NCBI GenBank assembly: GCA_038321755.1 | Contig: JBBQFJ010000001.1 | Span: 22,584 to 86,583 of the forward strand | Direction of reading: 5' to 3' | Length of the DNA stretch: 64,000 bases | DNA from: Acidimicrobiia bacterium | Lineage (GTDB): Bacteria; Actinomycetota; Acidimicrobiia; IMCC26256; PALSA-555 | Shown: piece by piece, positions 9,244 through 18,802 of the stretch | Numbering within the stretch: the first letter of the stretch is position 1 | Layout: every line of letters starts with the position of its first letter | Translations under genes and position numbers: made by a program | Notes under the pieces: model-generated | What the model was told of the DNA's origin: nothing | What the model saw: only the letters and a program-made list of their open reading frames with translations | The model's database searches: none

Positions 9244-10767
9244 ATGGACACCGTCAGCACCCCCGGGACTGCCCCAGATGTTCGGGCGAGCACTCCGGCC
9301 GAGACCTCCTCTTCCGACGTCTCCCGTCGGCGCCGAGATCTCGCGCGCCTCGCGCTCATCGTCCTCGTCCTCGCCGGCGCACTGCGGCTGCCGGCCTTCT
9401 TCGTCGACGTCTTCAACTCCGACGAGACCTTCCTGGCGACCCAGGCCCAGGTGATCCGAGAAGGCGGGAACCTCTACGAGGAGGCCGCCGACCGCAAGCC
9501 GCCGCTCGTTCCCTACGTGTACGCGGGTGCGTTCGATCTGTTCGGGACGACCGATCTCTGGTCGGTCCGCGTGTTCGCGATGCTTGCCGCGGCGCTGACG
9601 GGGTTCCTCGTCGCGCTCGAGGCGCGCCGGAGGTACGGGAGGCGCGCCGCGTGGGCTGCCGGACTCCTCTGCGTGTTCGCGCTCGTCGCCTTCTCACCAC
9701 AGGACGGTCAAGCCGCGAACTTCGAGATCTTCATGCTCCCGGCGATGACTGCCGCGGTCTTGCTAGCGCGCCGCGGACGGGCGATCTCTGCCGGAGCAGC
9801 GGTCGCGGTTGCGACGCTCGCCAAACAGACGGGCGCGGCGACGCTGCTCCCCGTCCTCTACCTCGTGTGGCGCGCCCGCGGGCGGCGCGGCATCACCGAC
9901 GCGCTCGGTGGCTTCGGCGTGCCGCTCGCGCTCGTCGCGCTCGCTCTCGGGCCGGGTCAGCTTCTGTACTGGACGGTGCTCGGCAACGGGTCCTACGTGA
10001 GCGTGCAGACCGCGTCCACCTACGTGATCTCGTCCTTCGTGCTGATGTCGCTCGGTTGGGTCGCGTGCAACCTCCCCATCGTCTGGCGAATCCCCGTCGC
10101 GTGGCGGGATCGGCGAGACCGGGCGCGCGACGGGCTCCCCGACTACGACCTCTGGCTCTGGCTGTTCTCCGCAGTCGTCTCCGTCATGGTCGGGCTGCGC
10201 TTCTTCGGTCACTACTACCTGCAGCTCGTGCCGCCGTTGGTGCTGCTCACCGCCGGCGCTCTGTCCCGCGGCTCGAAGCGCATCGCGATCGGCACCGTCG
10301 CGGTCGCGGCCATCTGCGCGATCGCGTTCTCCGCGGCCGGTTACTTCATGCGGCCGTTCGACAAGGAGCCCGACTACCAGTCGGTCAGCCGGTACCTCGC
10401 GGCGCACGTCGACCCCGGCGACCGCGTGCTCGTCTGGGGCAGCGTGCCGGAGATCTACTGGGCATCGGGCATCCGTCCGGCCACCCGCTTCGTGACGACG
10501 CCGACGTTCCTGGCCGGCAGCGACCCCGGCCGCCCGGCCGAGGACGCGGCGCCGGAAGACAGTGACCCGACGAACTGGGACTGGTTCTTCCAGGACCTCA
10601 CCGCGCACCCCCCGCGGTTCATCGTCGACACTGCGCCGGCGCAGATCCGGGGCGCGCAGTGGACCCCGATCAACCGATTCCCGAAGCTCGAGTCGATCGT
10701 GGAGTCGCGCTACTCCTACGTGACCTCGATCGACGGCATCGCCGTGTACGAGCGCAACCTGACCTGA
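9244..10767 (+). CDS. GT-C fold membrane glycosyltransferase (ArnT/PMT-like, GT39/GT83-type)
   Basis: ATG at 9244, in frame within track ORF 8752..10767. About 10+ TM helices, an N-terminal acidic motif (NSDETF) and DRKPPL as in ArnT/PMT_2 enzymes, and a soluble C-terminal domain. Confidence 0.7.
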   Translation: MDTVSTPGTAPDVRASTPAETSSSDVSRRRRDLARLALIVLVLAGALRLPAFFVDVFNSDETFLATQAQVIREGGNLYEEAADRKPPLVPYVYAGAFDLFGTTDLWSVRVFAMLAAALTGFLVALEARRRYGRRAAWAAGLLCVFALVAFSPQDGQAANFEIFMLPAMTAAVLLARRGRAISAGAAVAVATLAKQTGAATLLPVLYLVWRARGRRGITDALGGFGVPLALVALALGPGQLLYWTVLGNGSYVSVQTASTYVISSFVLMSLGWVACNLPIVWRIPVAWRDRRDRARDGLPDYDLWLWLFSAVVSVMVGLRFFGHYYLQLVPPLVLLTAGALSRGSKRIAIGTVAVAAICAIAFSAAGYFMRPFDKEPDYQSVSRYLAAHVDPGDRVLVWGSVPEIYWASGIRPATRFVTTPTFLAGSDPGRPAEDAAPEDSDPTNWDWFFQDLTAHPPRFIVDTAPAQIRGAQWTPINRFPKLESIVESRYSYVTSIDGIAVYERNLT

Positions 10768-10777
10768 GCTGCGAGTT

Positions 10778-11554
10778 TCAGACCAGGGGCCACGGCACCG
10801 CGTGGTACCCGGGCTCGGGTTCGGGAAAGCGTCCGTCCCGCAACAGATCGGCGGCGCGCATCCCGACCGCGGCGAGCTCTGCGGGCGCGAGCAACGCCGA
10901 GAGCCTCCGACCGACCGGGCCGTCGTCGAGCTCCGCCATCACTCGACACACATCCTCGACGAGCGGGGGCGGCACCGGCTCGGCGGCGAAGTCCCAGATG
11001 ACGGTGCGGAGCTTCCAGTGCGGATGGAAGGTCAGACCGTGGTCGATGCCGACGATCGTGTCGTTCACCTGGTCGTGCAGACAATGCCCGCCCTTGCGGT
11101 CGGTGTTGTTGGCGAGGACGTCGAAGACGGCGAACTCCCGGAACCGGTCCTCGTTGCCGTCGAGCAGCGTGAAGTAGTGCTCTTCCGGGTCATGCTCGAC
11201 GAACCGTTGGACGGCACCCGGGCCCAAGGGTCCGTCGGGACGGAGCACGGTCACGGGAACGACGTCCCACCCCAAGCCCGCGGACAGCTCGTAGGCACCG
11301 ACCTCGCGGTTGCAGAGAGTGCCGTCGGGAAAGTCCCACAGCGGTCGCTCGCCACGACGGGGCTTGTAGACGGCCGGGATCGTCACGTCGTCCGCTCGTG
11401 CCTCGACCAGGAACGTCGCGTTCGACGAGTAGCGCATGCGCCCGACCACCTCGAGCTCCCCCTGCGTGAGGACCTCGGCGATCTGCTCGGGCGTCAGTTC
11501 CAGCGCGGGCAACGGTGTCCGGCCGGATCCATCGGCATGCCGCACAGGGAGCAC
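10778..11554 (-). CDS. SCO1664-family protein (PI3/PI4-kinase-like fold)
   Basis: 258 aa; segments GRMRYSSNATFLV, AVYKPRRGERPLWDFP, DRKGGH and IDHGLTF. The start is uncertain: GTG at 11554 overlaps the upstream gene by 61 nt, and an alternative TTG at about 11512 is possible. Confidence 0.7.
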   Translation of the reverse strand: MLPVRHADGSGRTPLPALELTPEQIAEVLTQGELEVVGRMRYSSNATFLVEARADDVTIPAVYKPRRGERPLWDFPDGTLCNREVGAYELSAGLGWDVVPVTVLRPDGPLGPGAVQRFVEHDPEEHYFTLLDGNEDRFREFAVFDVLANNTDRKGGHCLHDQVNDTIVGIDHGLTFHPHWKLRTVIWDFAAEPVPPPLVEDVCRVMAELDDGPVGRRLSALLAPAELAAVGMRAADLLRDGRFPEPEPGYHAVPWPLV

Positions 11555-12048
11555 GGCGGTCGTCCCGACGCGACGACAGTGGATCCCCGTGATGCCATCG
11601 CGCGAACCTGCGGGCGCGTCGCGTAGATGCGCGCGACGTAGCCCTCCTCCTCGTCGTCGGCCGACTCCTCGAGGTCTTCGAGCCCTTCGAGGTCGTCGTC
11701 ATCGTCGTCGGACGCCGGGTGCTCGCGGAGCTCGATCAGCACCAGCTCACGCTCCGGGTCGAACCCCAGCCCGATGAGGCGCGCCCGGAACAACGGCACC
11801 GTCGGCTCCTGCAGCTCGGCAAACGCTTCGGGCAACGTGACCACGACCTCCGGATACTCGTCGGCGAGGCGATCGAGGAAGGCGATCGCCTCCGTCGCGA
11901 GCAACGCGATCTGCTCCTTCTCGACGAGCACCGTGAGCTGGCTCGTCGAGTTGCGGGCCTGCAGGTAGAACGCGCGCGCGCCGGGTTCGCCGACCGCGCC
12001 GGTGCACAGCCCCTCGACGTCGTCGAGCTCGATCTCAGGATCGTTCAC
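11494..12048 (-). CDS. DUF3090 family protein
   Basis: GTG at 12048 within track ORF 11494..12774. Sequence VNDPEIELDDVEGLCTGAVGEPGARAFYLQA..., a poly-acidic insert DDDDDDLEGLEDLEESADDEEEG, and a C-terminal CSLCGMPMDPAGHRCPRWN zinc-ribbon-like end. Confidence 0.75.
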   Translation of the reverse strand: MNDPEIELDDVEGLCTGAVGEPGARAFYLQARNSTSQLTVLVEKEQIALLATEAIAFLDRLADEYPEVVVTLPEAFAELQEPTVPLFRARLIGLGFDPERELVLIELREHPASDDDDDDLEGLEDLEESADDEEEGYVARIYATRPQVRAMASRGSTVVASGRPPCSLCGMPMDPAGHRCPRWN

Positions 12049-12770
12049 GTCGGCTCCGCTTCCTGCTCGTCCGCCGTCGCGGCGGGCGGGGGAGGGCGCA
12101 GCTCGTCGAGAGTGCCGGTGTCGTTGCACTTCACCATCGACACTCCGTGGGCACTGAACTCGAACGCAGTCACCGACGCGGGCGAGACCGTGATCCGCTG
12201 GAAGAGGTCGAGGTGCACGCCGGTGTACTGCGCGATCACCGCCTTGATCGGGTCTGCGTGCGAAACGACGACCACGAGCTCGCCGGGATGCGCGGCGACC
12301 ACGCCGTCGAGCGTCGCGATCATCCGGGTCTGCATGGCGGCCAGCGCTTCGCCCCCGGGGAACGCGGCGCGCGACGGGGTCCGCTGCACCACCTTCCAGA
12401 GGTCGGTCTTGGCCAGGTCGGCGATCTTCTGGCCCGTCCACTCGCCGTAGTCGGCTTCGAGGACACCATCGAGCGGCCGGACCTCGAGCCCGTGGTGCGC
12501 GGCGATCGCCCGGGCGGTCTGGGTCGTGCGCTCGATCGGGCTCGCGTACACCACTGCGACCGGGAGCTCCGAGAGTCGCTTGCCCAGCGCGTCGGCCTGC
12601 TCGCGTCCCTCGTCGCTGAGATCGATCCCCGGTGCACGACCGGAGAGGAGTGGCCCGGTCTGCGCGGTGACGGCGTGGCGCGCCAGGACGAGGCGGGTGC
12701 TGGGCGTCGCTGGGTTCGGGGTCGAGGCAGTGTCGCCTGTCGCGGTGGGCGAGGCGGTGTCGTCCGTCAT
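12045..12770 (-). CDS. histidine-phosphatase superfamily protein, MSMEG_4193-type putative phosphomutase
   Basis: ATG at 12770 within track ORF 12045..13307. Catalytic RH in LVLARHAVT and a second His in VVVVSHADP. Its stop overlaps the GTG of the DUF3090 gene (GTGA). Confidence 0.75.
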   Translation of the reverse strand: MTDDTASPTATGDTASTPNPATPSTRLVLARHAVTAQTGPLLSGRAPGIDLSDEGREQADALGKRLSELPVAVVYASPIERTTQTARAIAAHHGLEVRPLDGVLEADYGEWTGQKIADLAKTDLWKVVQRTPSRAAFPGGEALAAMQTRMIATLDGVVAAHPGELVVVVSHADPIKAVIAQYTGVHLDLFQRITVSPASVTAFEFSAHGVSMVKCNDTGTLDELRPPPPAATADEQEAEPT

Positions 12771-12815
12771 CCAATCGATCGTACCGGTGGGGTTGGCGCC
12801 TACGATCAGCGGCCC

Positions 12816-13283
12816 ATGCCTGATGCCCCCGTCACCCTCACGCCCCAGGGGCCGCCCGAGACGGTCCTCGACTCCGAGCCCGCCGACTCGCTCGATGCGC
12901 TTGCTGCGGCCCTGGCCGCGACACCGCCCCAACGCCGTGACGCGGTCGCCGACGTCGTCGCCCGCTGGCCCCGCTTCCTCGACGGGTGGGCCCAGCTCGG
13001 ACAGCTCGCCCGCGACGACACCGAGGCCTACGCGGCCTTTCGTGTCGGCTACCACCGCGGACTCGACCGTCTGCGCCAGAACGGATGGCGTGGGTCGGGC
13101 TACGTGCGGTGGGAACACCCCGAAAACCGCGGGTTCCTGCGCTCGCTCGCCGGTCTCCGGCGTACGGCCGCGGCGATCGGTGAGGCCGACGAAGAGCGTC
13201 GCTGCGCCGACTTCCTCCACCAGCTCGATCCGAACTGGGATCGCGTCGAAGCCGTTGCGACGGCAAACGGCGAAGCGCCGTAG
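12816..13283 (+). CDS. DUF3151 family protein
   Basis: ATG at 12816 in frame with track ORF 12147..13283. Segments [39 protein letters not shown] are typical of DUF3151. Confidence 0.65.
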   Translation: MPDAPVTLTPQGPPETVLDSEPADSLDALAAALAATPPQRRDAVADVVARWPRFLDGWAQLGQLARDDTEAYAAFRVGYHRGLDRLRQNGWRGSGYVRWEHPENRGFLRSLAGLRRTAAAIGEADEERRCADFLHQLDPNWDRVEAVATANGEAP

Positions 13284-13294
13284 GATCGGCGCCG

Positions 13295-14287
13295 ATGAAA
13301 CGAGCACTGGTCACCGGCATCACCGGCCAGGACGGCCGACACATGTCGGAGTTCCTGACCGGCAAGGGCTATCAGGTCTTCGGCCTCGTACGAGGCCAGA
13401 ACAACCCCAAAGCAAAGCTCGTCCTCGAGGAGAACCCCGCTCTCGAGGTCGTCGACGGCGACCTGCGTGATCTGTCGTCGCTGATCGCCGCGGTCGAGCA
13501 GGTCCAGCCGGACGAGGTCTACAACCTCGGTGCGATGAGCTTTGTCGCCCTCTCGTTCCGCCAGCCGGAGCTCACCGCCGACATCACCGGGCTCGGGGTG
13601 TTGCGCATGCTCGAGGCGATCCGCATCGTCGGCGGTGCCGAGAACAACCCGATCCGTTTCTACCAAGCGTCGTCGTCGGAGATGTTCGGGAAGGTTCGCG
13701 AAACGCCGCAGACCGAGAGCACGCCCTTCCACCCGCGCTCGCCGTACGGCGTTGCCAAGGTGTTCGGACACTCGATGACGGTCAACTACCGCGAGTCCTA
13801 CGGGCTGCACGCCTCGTCGGGCATCTGCTTCAACCACGAGGGCCCGCGACGAGGCCTCGAGTTCGTCACGCGCAAGATCACGAACGGCATCGCGCGCATC
13901 AAGCTCAACCTGCAGGACTCGATCACGCTCGGCAACCTCGATGCCGCGCGCGACTGGGGATACGCCGGCGACTTCGTCGAGGCGATGTACCTCATGCTCC
14001 AGCAGGACGAACCCGACGACTACGTGATCGCGACGGGCGAGACGCACACCGTGCGCGAGTTCCTCGAGGTTGCCTTCCGTTGCGCCGAGATCGACGACTG
14101 GGAGCGCTACGTCAACCAGGACCCGCGCTTCGAGCGCCCCGCCGAGGTCGACCTGCTCATGGGTGACGCGAACAAGGCCAACGAGAAGCTCGGGTGGAAG
14201 CGCAAGGTCGCGTTCGAGGAGCTCGTGCGGATGATGTACGACAACGACCTCGACGAAGAGGCCACGAAGGCCGGCATCCCCCGCTAA
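13295..14287 (+). CDS. gmd: GDP-mannose 4,6-dehydratase
   Basis: 330 aa; [21 protein letters not shown] (GxxGxxG), SSSEMFG, YGVAKV catalytic YxxxK, and the NHEGPRRG motif. Confidence 0.9.
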   Translation: MKRALVTGITGQDGRHMSEFLTGKGYQVFGLVRGQNNPKAKLVLEENPALEVVDGDLRDLSSLIAAVEQVQPDEVYNLGAMSFVALSFRQPELTADITGLGVLRMLEAIRIVGGAENNPIRFYQASSSEMFGKVRETPQTESTPFHPRSPYGVAKVFGHSMTVNYRESYGLHASSGICFNHEGPRRGLEFVTRKITNGIARIKLNLQDSITLGNLDAARDWGYAGDFVEAMYLMLQQDEPDDYVIATGETHTVREFLEVAFRCAEIDDWERYVNQDPRFERPAEVDLLMGDANKANEKLGWKRKVAFEELVRMMYDNDLDEEATKAGIPR

Positions 14288-15645
14288 GCGGCGGCTGCCG
14301 CGGCCTTCCTGGCTGCGACGAGGACCGGATCCCACACCGGCGAGAACGGTGGGGCGTACGCCAGATCGAGCCAGGCGAACTCTTCGGCGGTCATCTCTGC
14401 CCAGATTGCCGCCGCCAGCACGTCGACTCGCTTCGCCGCACCCTCTTGTCCGACGATCTGCGCGCCGAGCAGGCGGCCCGATCCACGCTGGGCGACGATC
14501 TTCACGTGGATCGCGGTCGATCCCGGGTAGTAGTGCGCGCGCGTCTCGCCCTCGATCGTCGCGGCAACCGCGTCGAACCCCGCGTCTTCGGCTTCGCTCT
14601 CGGTGAGCCCGGTGCGAGCGATCTCGTACCTGCAGATCTTCGAGATCGCGGTCCCGACCACGCCGGGGAAGGCGGCGTCGCCACCAGTGACGTTGATGCC
14701 CACGACCCGACCCTGCTTGTTCGCGTGCGTGCCGAGCGCGATCGCCACGTGCCGGCGCGAGACGCGGTGGAACACCTCCACGCAGTCGCCCGCCGCGTAG
14801 ATGCCCTCGACCGAGGTCCGCTGGTGATCGTCGACGACGATGCCGTGCGTGTCGCCGACTGCGATTCCCGCATCGAGCGCAAGCGCGGAGCTCGGGCGCA
14901 CACCGAGCCCGAGGATGACCAGGTCGGCGGGGAGGACCTCCGACTCGGTTCGCACACCGGTCACCCGACCGTCGGTCGTCTCGAAGGCTTCGACCCCCTT
15001 CCCCAGGTGCAGCGTGACACCGACCCGCTCGATCGCGGCGGCGACCCGCGCGCCCATGTCGAGATCGAGGGTGCGCATCGGCTGCGCGGCGCCGTCGACC
15101 ACGGCGACGTCGAGGCCTCGCTCGACCAACGCCTCCGCCAGCTCGAGACCGACGTAGCCGCCACCCACCACCACGGCGCGTCGGGAGTCCGTGTCGCCGA
15201 GGGCATCCACCGCGGCGTGCACCGCAATCCCGTCGGTGAGCGTCTGGACGCCGAAGATCCCGGCCGCTTCGATGCCGGGCAGGGGCGGGCGGGTCGGCGT
15301 CGCGCCGGTCGCGATGACCAGGTGATCGAACGGCTCGTCGGCCTCGGTGCCGTCCGCGAGGCACCGCACCCGGACCGTGCGTCGGGTCGGGTCGATCGCG
15401 AGCACCTCGTGACCGGTCCGGACGTCGATGCCCCGCGCGCGGTGCTCCTCGGGTCTGCGGGCCACGAGGTCATCCGCGCTCGCGACCAGTCCGCCGACGA
15501 AGTACGGGATCCCGCACGCGGCGTACGACGTGAACGCTCCCCGCTCGAAGCAGACGATCTCCAGGTCATCGCGTCGGCGCCGGGCGATCGCCGCGGCGGA
15601 CATCCCGGCAGCGTCACCCCCGATCACGACCATGCGGTCGGTCAC
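14284..15645 (-). CDS. FAD-dependent pyridine nucleotide-disulfide oxidoreductase (CoA-disulfide reductase / NADH oxidase family)
   Basis: GTG at 15645 ([18 protein letters not shown]). Redox-Cys motif SYAACGIPY and a second dinucleotide fold [11 protein letters not shown]. Convergent 4-nt overlap with the gmd stop. Confidence 0.8.
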   Translation of the reverse strand: MTDRMVVIGGDAAGMSAAAIARRRRDDLEIVCFERGAFTSYAACGIPYFVGGLVASADDLVARRPEEHRARGIDVRTGHEVLAIDPTRRTVRVRCLADGTEADEPFDHLVIATGATPTRPPLPGIEAAGIFGVQTLTDGIAVHAAVDALGDTDSRRAVVVGGGYVGLELAEALVERGLDVAVVDGAAQPMRTLDLDMGARVAAAIERVGVTLHLGKGVEAFETTDGRVTGVRTESEVLPADLVILGLGVRPSSALALDAGIAVGDTHGIVVDDHQRTSVEGIYAAGDCVEVFHRVSRRHVAIALGTHANKQGRVVGINVTGGDAAFPGVVGTAISKICRYEIARTGLTESEAEDAGFDAVAATIEGETRAHYYPGSTAIHVKIVAQRGSGRLLGAQIVGQEGAAKRVDVLAAAIWAEMTAEEFAWLDLAYAPPFSPVWDPVLVAARKAAAAAA

Positions 15646-16622
15646 GTCGGGGCGCCGGCGCGCTGCAGCGCCGCTGCTGCCTCGGCGACGAACCGGTGCA
15701 CCAGCTCGCCCGCAGGAACGAGCTCGTCGATCGCGCCCACTCCCTGCCCGGCTGGGTAGCACTCGCGCGTCGGGTCGACGCCCTGGGCCTCGTCGCCCTG
15801 CGGCAGGTGGAGGAAGCCACCCACCGCGGCCGCCATCATCTGGTCGGGGAAGGGCTTGAGCTCCTCGGGATGAGCATCGAAGTGCTTCGTGGTCTCGTTG
15901 CGCACGACGCGCATGGGCTTCCCGCTGAACGCACGGCTGACGACGGTGCCGTCCTCGCCGGTGAGGAGGAGCGCGTCCTTGTAGCCCGGCGCCGAGCGCG
16001 CCTCCGGGGTCGCGATGAAGCGGGTCCCGACCCACACACCGTCGGCGCCGAGCATGAGCGAGGCCGCCAGCCCGCGGCCGTCGAAGATGCCGCCCGCCGC
16101 GACGACCGGGACGCGGTCGCCGACCGCGTCGACGATCTGGGGAACGAGCGGCATGGTGGCCACCGTCCCGGTGTGGCCGCCCGCCTCGGTGCCCTGCGCC
16201 ACGACCAGGTCGCAGCCCGCCTCGACCGCGGCGATCGCGTGCCGCACCCGACCGCACATGTTGACCACCAGCACATTGTTGCGATGGCAGAGGTCGATCA
16301 CCTCACGGGGGACACCGAGCGCGGCCACGAACACCGGCACGCGCTCCTGGATCATGAGCTCGACGTTGTGCAACAGCTGGTCGGGCAACGCGGTGAGCAG
16401 GTCGACCCCGAACGGCTTGTCGGTGAGTGCTTGCGTCGCGCGAATCTCGTCGACCATCTCCTGGCTCGTCATCGCCCCCGCACCGAGGCATCCGAAGCCA
16501 CCGGCTTCGGAGACCGCGGCGACAAGTCGGTGGTACGACACACCGCCCATGCCTGCGAGCATGACCGGATGTTCGACTTGCAGGACATCCGTGAGACGAG
16601 TGTGGGTGAGTCGGGTCGCCAT
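15642..16622 (-). CDS. NMO-family FMN oxidoreductase (nitronate monooxygenase / FabK-like)
   Basis: 326 aa; [24 protein letters not shown] and [10 protein letters not shown] are typical of the 2-nitropropane dioxygenase family. The stop overlaps the downstream GTG (GTGA). Confidence 0.8.
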   Translation of the reverse strand: MATRLTHTRLTDVLQVEHPVMLAGMGGVSYHRLVAAVSEAGGFGCLGAGAMTSQEMVDEIRATQALTDKPFGVDLLTALPDQLLHNVELMIQERVPVFVAALGVPREVIDLCHRNNVLVVNMCGRVRHAIAAVEAGCDLVVAQGTEAGGHTGTVATMPLVPQIVDAVGDRVPVVAAGGIFDGRGLAASLMLGADGVWVGTRFIATPEARSAPGYKDALLLTGEDGTVVSRAFSGKPMRVVRNETTKHFDAHPEELKPFPDQMMAAAVGGFLHLPQGDEAQGVDPTRECYPAGQGVGAIDELVPAGELVHRFVAEAAAALQRAGAPT

Positions 16623-16645
16623 CCCCTCAGGCTAACGTCGGTTCG

Positions 16646-17167
16646 GTGACCGACTCCGCAGTGCCAGCCGGTCCGCTGGTGGGCGTGATCATGGGCAGCG
16701 ACTCGGACCTACGGGTGATGCAGGACGCGGTCGACGTGCTCACCGAGTTCCGCGTGCAACACGAGGTACGGGTCGTCTCGGCGCATCGCACTCCCGATGT
16801 GATGGTGGAGTACGCCCGCACTGCGGTCGATCGGGGACTGCGCGTGATCATCGCCGGCGCAGGCGGCGCGGCGCACCTCCCCGGCATGACCGCATCGATG
16901 ACGACGTTGCCCGTGATCGGCGTCCCCGTGCCACTCGCGCAGCTCGACGGGCTCGACTCGCTCCTCTCGATCGTGCAGATGCCCGCCGGCATCCCCGTCG
17001 CGACCGTCGCGATCGGAAACGCTCGGAACGCGGCGCTCCTCGCGGTTCGGATCCTCGGGATCGCCGACCCCGAGCTGCGCGCCGAGCTCGCTCGCTTCGC
17101 GGACACACTCGCTGATGCGGTGCGTGAGAAGGACGAAGCGTTCCGAGAGCACGGCCGCGCGGGCTGA
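16646..17167 (+). CDS. purE: 5-(carboxyamino)imidazole ribonucleotide mutase
   Basis: [22 protein letters not shown] and [13 protein letters not shown] are hallmark PurE motifs. Confidence 0.9.
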   Translation: MTDSAVPAGPLVGVIMGSDSDLRVMQDAVDVLTEFRVQHEVRVVSAHRTPDVMVEYARTAVDRGLRVIIAGAGGAAHLPGMTASMTTLPVIGVPVPLAQLDGLDSLLSIVQMPAGIPVATVAIGNARNAALLAVRILGIADPELRAELARFADTLADAVREKDEAFREHGRAG

Positions 17168-17173
17168 CCGCGA

Positions 17174-17228
17174 GGTCCGAGGATCGATGGGGTCCGAGGA
17201 TCGATGGGGTCCGAGGGTCGATAGGGTG
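17174..17228. repeat. 17-bp tandem repeat, about 3.2 copies (GGTCCGAGGATCGATGG)
   Basis: Two perfect units plus one unit with 2 mismatches. It fills most of the purE to acyl-CoA synthetase spacer and ends about 7 nt before the ATG at 17235. Confidence 0.9.
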
Positions 17229-17234
17229 CGCGCC

Positions 17235-18788
17235 ATGTGGCCCGCACCGCACGCTCAGGAACATCCCGACAAGTCCGCGTTCGTGATGGCGTCGACCGGC
17301 GAAGTCGTCACCTACCTGGAGCTCGACCAGCGCTCGAACCGGCTCGCGCGGCTCCTCTACGACCGGGGCCTCCGGTTCGGTGACCACGTCGCGATCTTCA
17401 TGGAGAACAACGACCGCTACCTCGAGGTCGCGTGGGCTGCGCAGCGATCGGGGCTCTACTTCACCCCGATCAACTTCCACTTCAACGCCGAAGAAGCCGC
17501 GTACATCGTCGAGAACTGCGACGCGACGGCGCTCGTGACGTCGGTCGCGCTCTCGGAGGTGGCGAGCGCCATGACCACGCTCCTCCCGGCGAAGGTCGAG
17601 ACCCGGCTCGTCGTCGGCGGCGCCCTCGACGGCTACGAGTCGTACGAAGCGGCGATCGCCGCGCACCCGCCCGAACCGCTCGAGGAAGAGCTCGAGGGGC
17701 ACGCGATGATGTACTCGTCGGGGACCACCGGACGCCCCAAGGGGATCAAGTACCTCCTCGAGCGGAAGCCGGTCGGGAACCCGACCGCGGCGCTCGCCGG
17801 CTTCCAAGCTACCTACGGCGTCGGACCGGAGACGGTGTACCTCTCGCCCGCGCCGCTCTACCACGCTGCTCCGCTGCAGTTCTGCATCGGTGTCACCCGC
17901 TTCGGGGGGACCGACGTGATCCTCGAGCACTTCGACCCCGAGCTCTGTCTCGCCGCGATCGAGCGGTACCGCGTCACCCACGCGCAGTTCGTCCCGACGA
18001 TGTTCGTACGGATGCTGAAGCTCCCCGAAGCGGTGCGCGCAAAGTACGACGTGTCGTCGCTGCAGACGGTCATCCACGCGGCCGCGCCGTGCCCGATCGA
18101 GATCAAGCGCCAGATGATCCAATGGTGGGGACCGATCATCTCGGAGTACTACGCGTCGACCGAAGGCATGGGCTCGACCCAGATCACCAGCGAGGAATGG
18201 CTCGCGCACCCTGGCTCGGTGGGCCGGCCGTTCTTCACGACGCTCCACATCGTCGGCGAGGACGGCGAAGAGCTGGCGGTCGGTGAACCCGGCATCGTGT
18301 GGTTCGAGCCGGGCGAGCGTGCGATGGACTTCGAATACCACAAGGACGCGGCGAAGACCGACAGCACGCGCGACGAGCACGGCTGGTCGTCAGTCGGCGA
18401 CATCGGGTACCTCGACGACGAGGGGTACCTCTACCTCACCGATCGACGCGACTTCATGATCGTGTCGGGAGGCGTGAACATCTATCCGCAAGAGGCCGAG
18501 AACCTGCTGATCACGCATCCGAAGGTCATGGACGCGGCGGTGTTCGGCATCCCCGACGAGGAGATGGGCGAGCGGGTGCACGGGGTCGTGCAGCCGATCG
18601 ACATGGACGGCGCCGGTCCGGAGCTCGAACGTGAGCTGCTCGCGTTCTGCCGCGACCACCTCGCCCACTACAAGTGCCCGAAAGCGATCGACTTCGATCC
18701 CGAGCTTCCCCGCCAGCCGACGGGGAAGCTCTACAAGCGGTTGTTGCGCGACCGCTATTGGGGCGACAAAGAGAGTCGGATCGTCTGA
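17235..18788 (+). CDS. acyl-CoA synthetase (AMP-forming)
   Basis: ATG at 17235 within track ORF 17115..18788. Motifs YSSGTTGRPKG, YYASTEG, GDIGYLDDEGYLYLTDR and PTGKLYKR. Confidence 0.8.
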   Translation: MWPAPHAQEHPDKSAFVMASTGEVVTYLELDQRSNRLARLLYDRGLRFGDHVAIFMENNDRYLEVAWAAQRSGLYFTPINFHFNAEEAAYIVENCDATALVTSVALSEVASAMTTLLPAKVETRLVVGGALDGYESYEAAIAAHPPEPLEEELEGHAMMYSSGTTGRPKGIKYLLERKPVGNPTAALAGFQATYGVGPETVYLSPAPLYHAAPLQFCIGVTRFGGTDVILEHFDPELCLAAIERYRVTHAQFVPTMFVRMLKLPEAVRAKYDVSSLQTVIHAAAPCPIEIKRQMIQWWGPIISEYYASTEGMGSTQITSEEWLAHPGSVGRPFFTTLHIVGEDGEELAVGEPGIVWFEPGERAMDFEYHKDAAKTDSTRDEHGWSSVGDIGYLDDEGYLYLTDRRDFMIVSGGVNIYPQEAENLLITHPKVMDAAVFGIPDEEMGERVHGVVQPIDMDGAGPELERELLAFCRDHLAHYKCPKAIDFDPELPRQPTGKLYKRLLRDRYWGDKESRIV

Positions 18789-18802
18789 GCGCCAGGAGTC
18801 CG

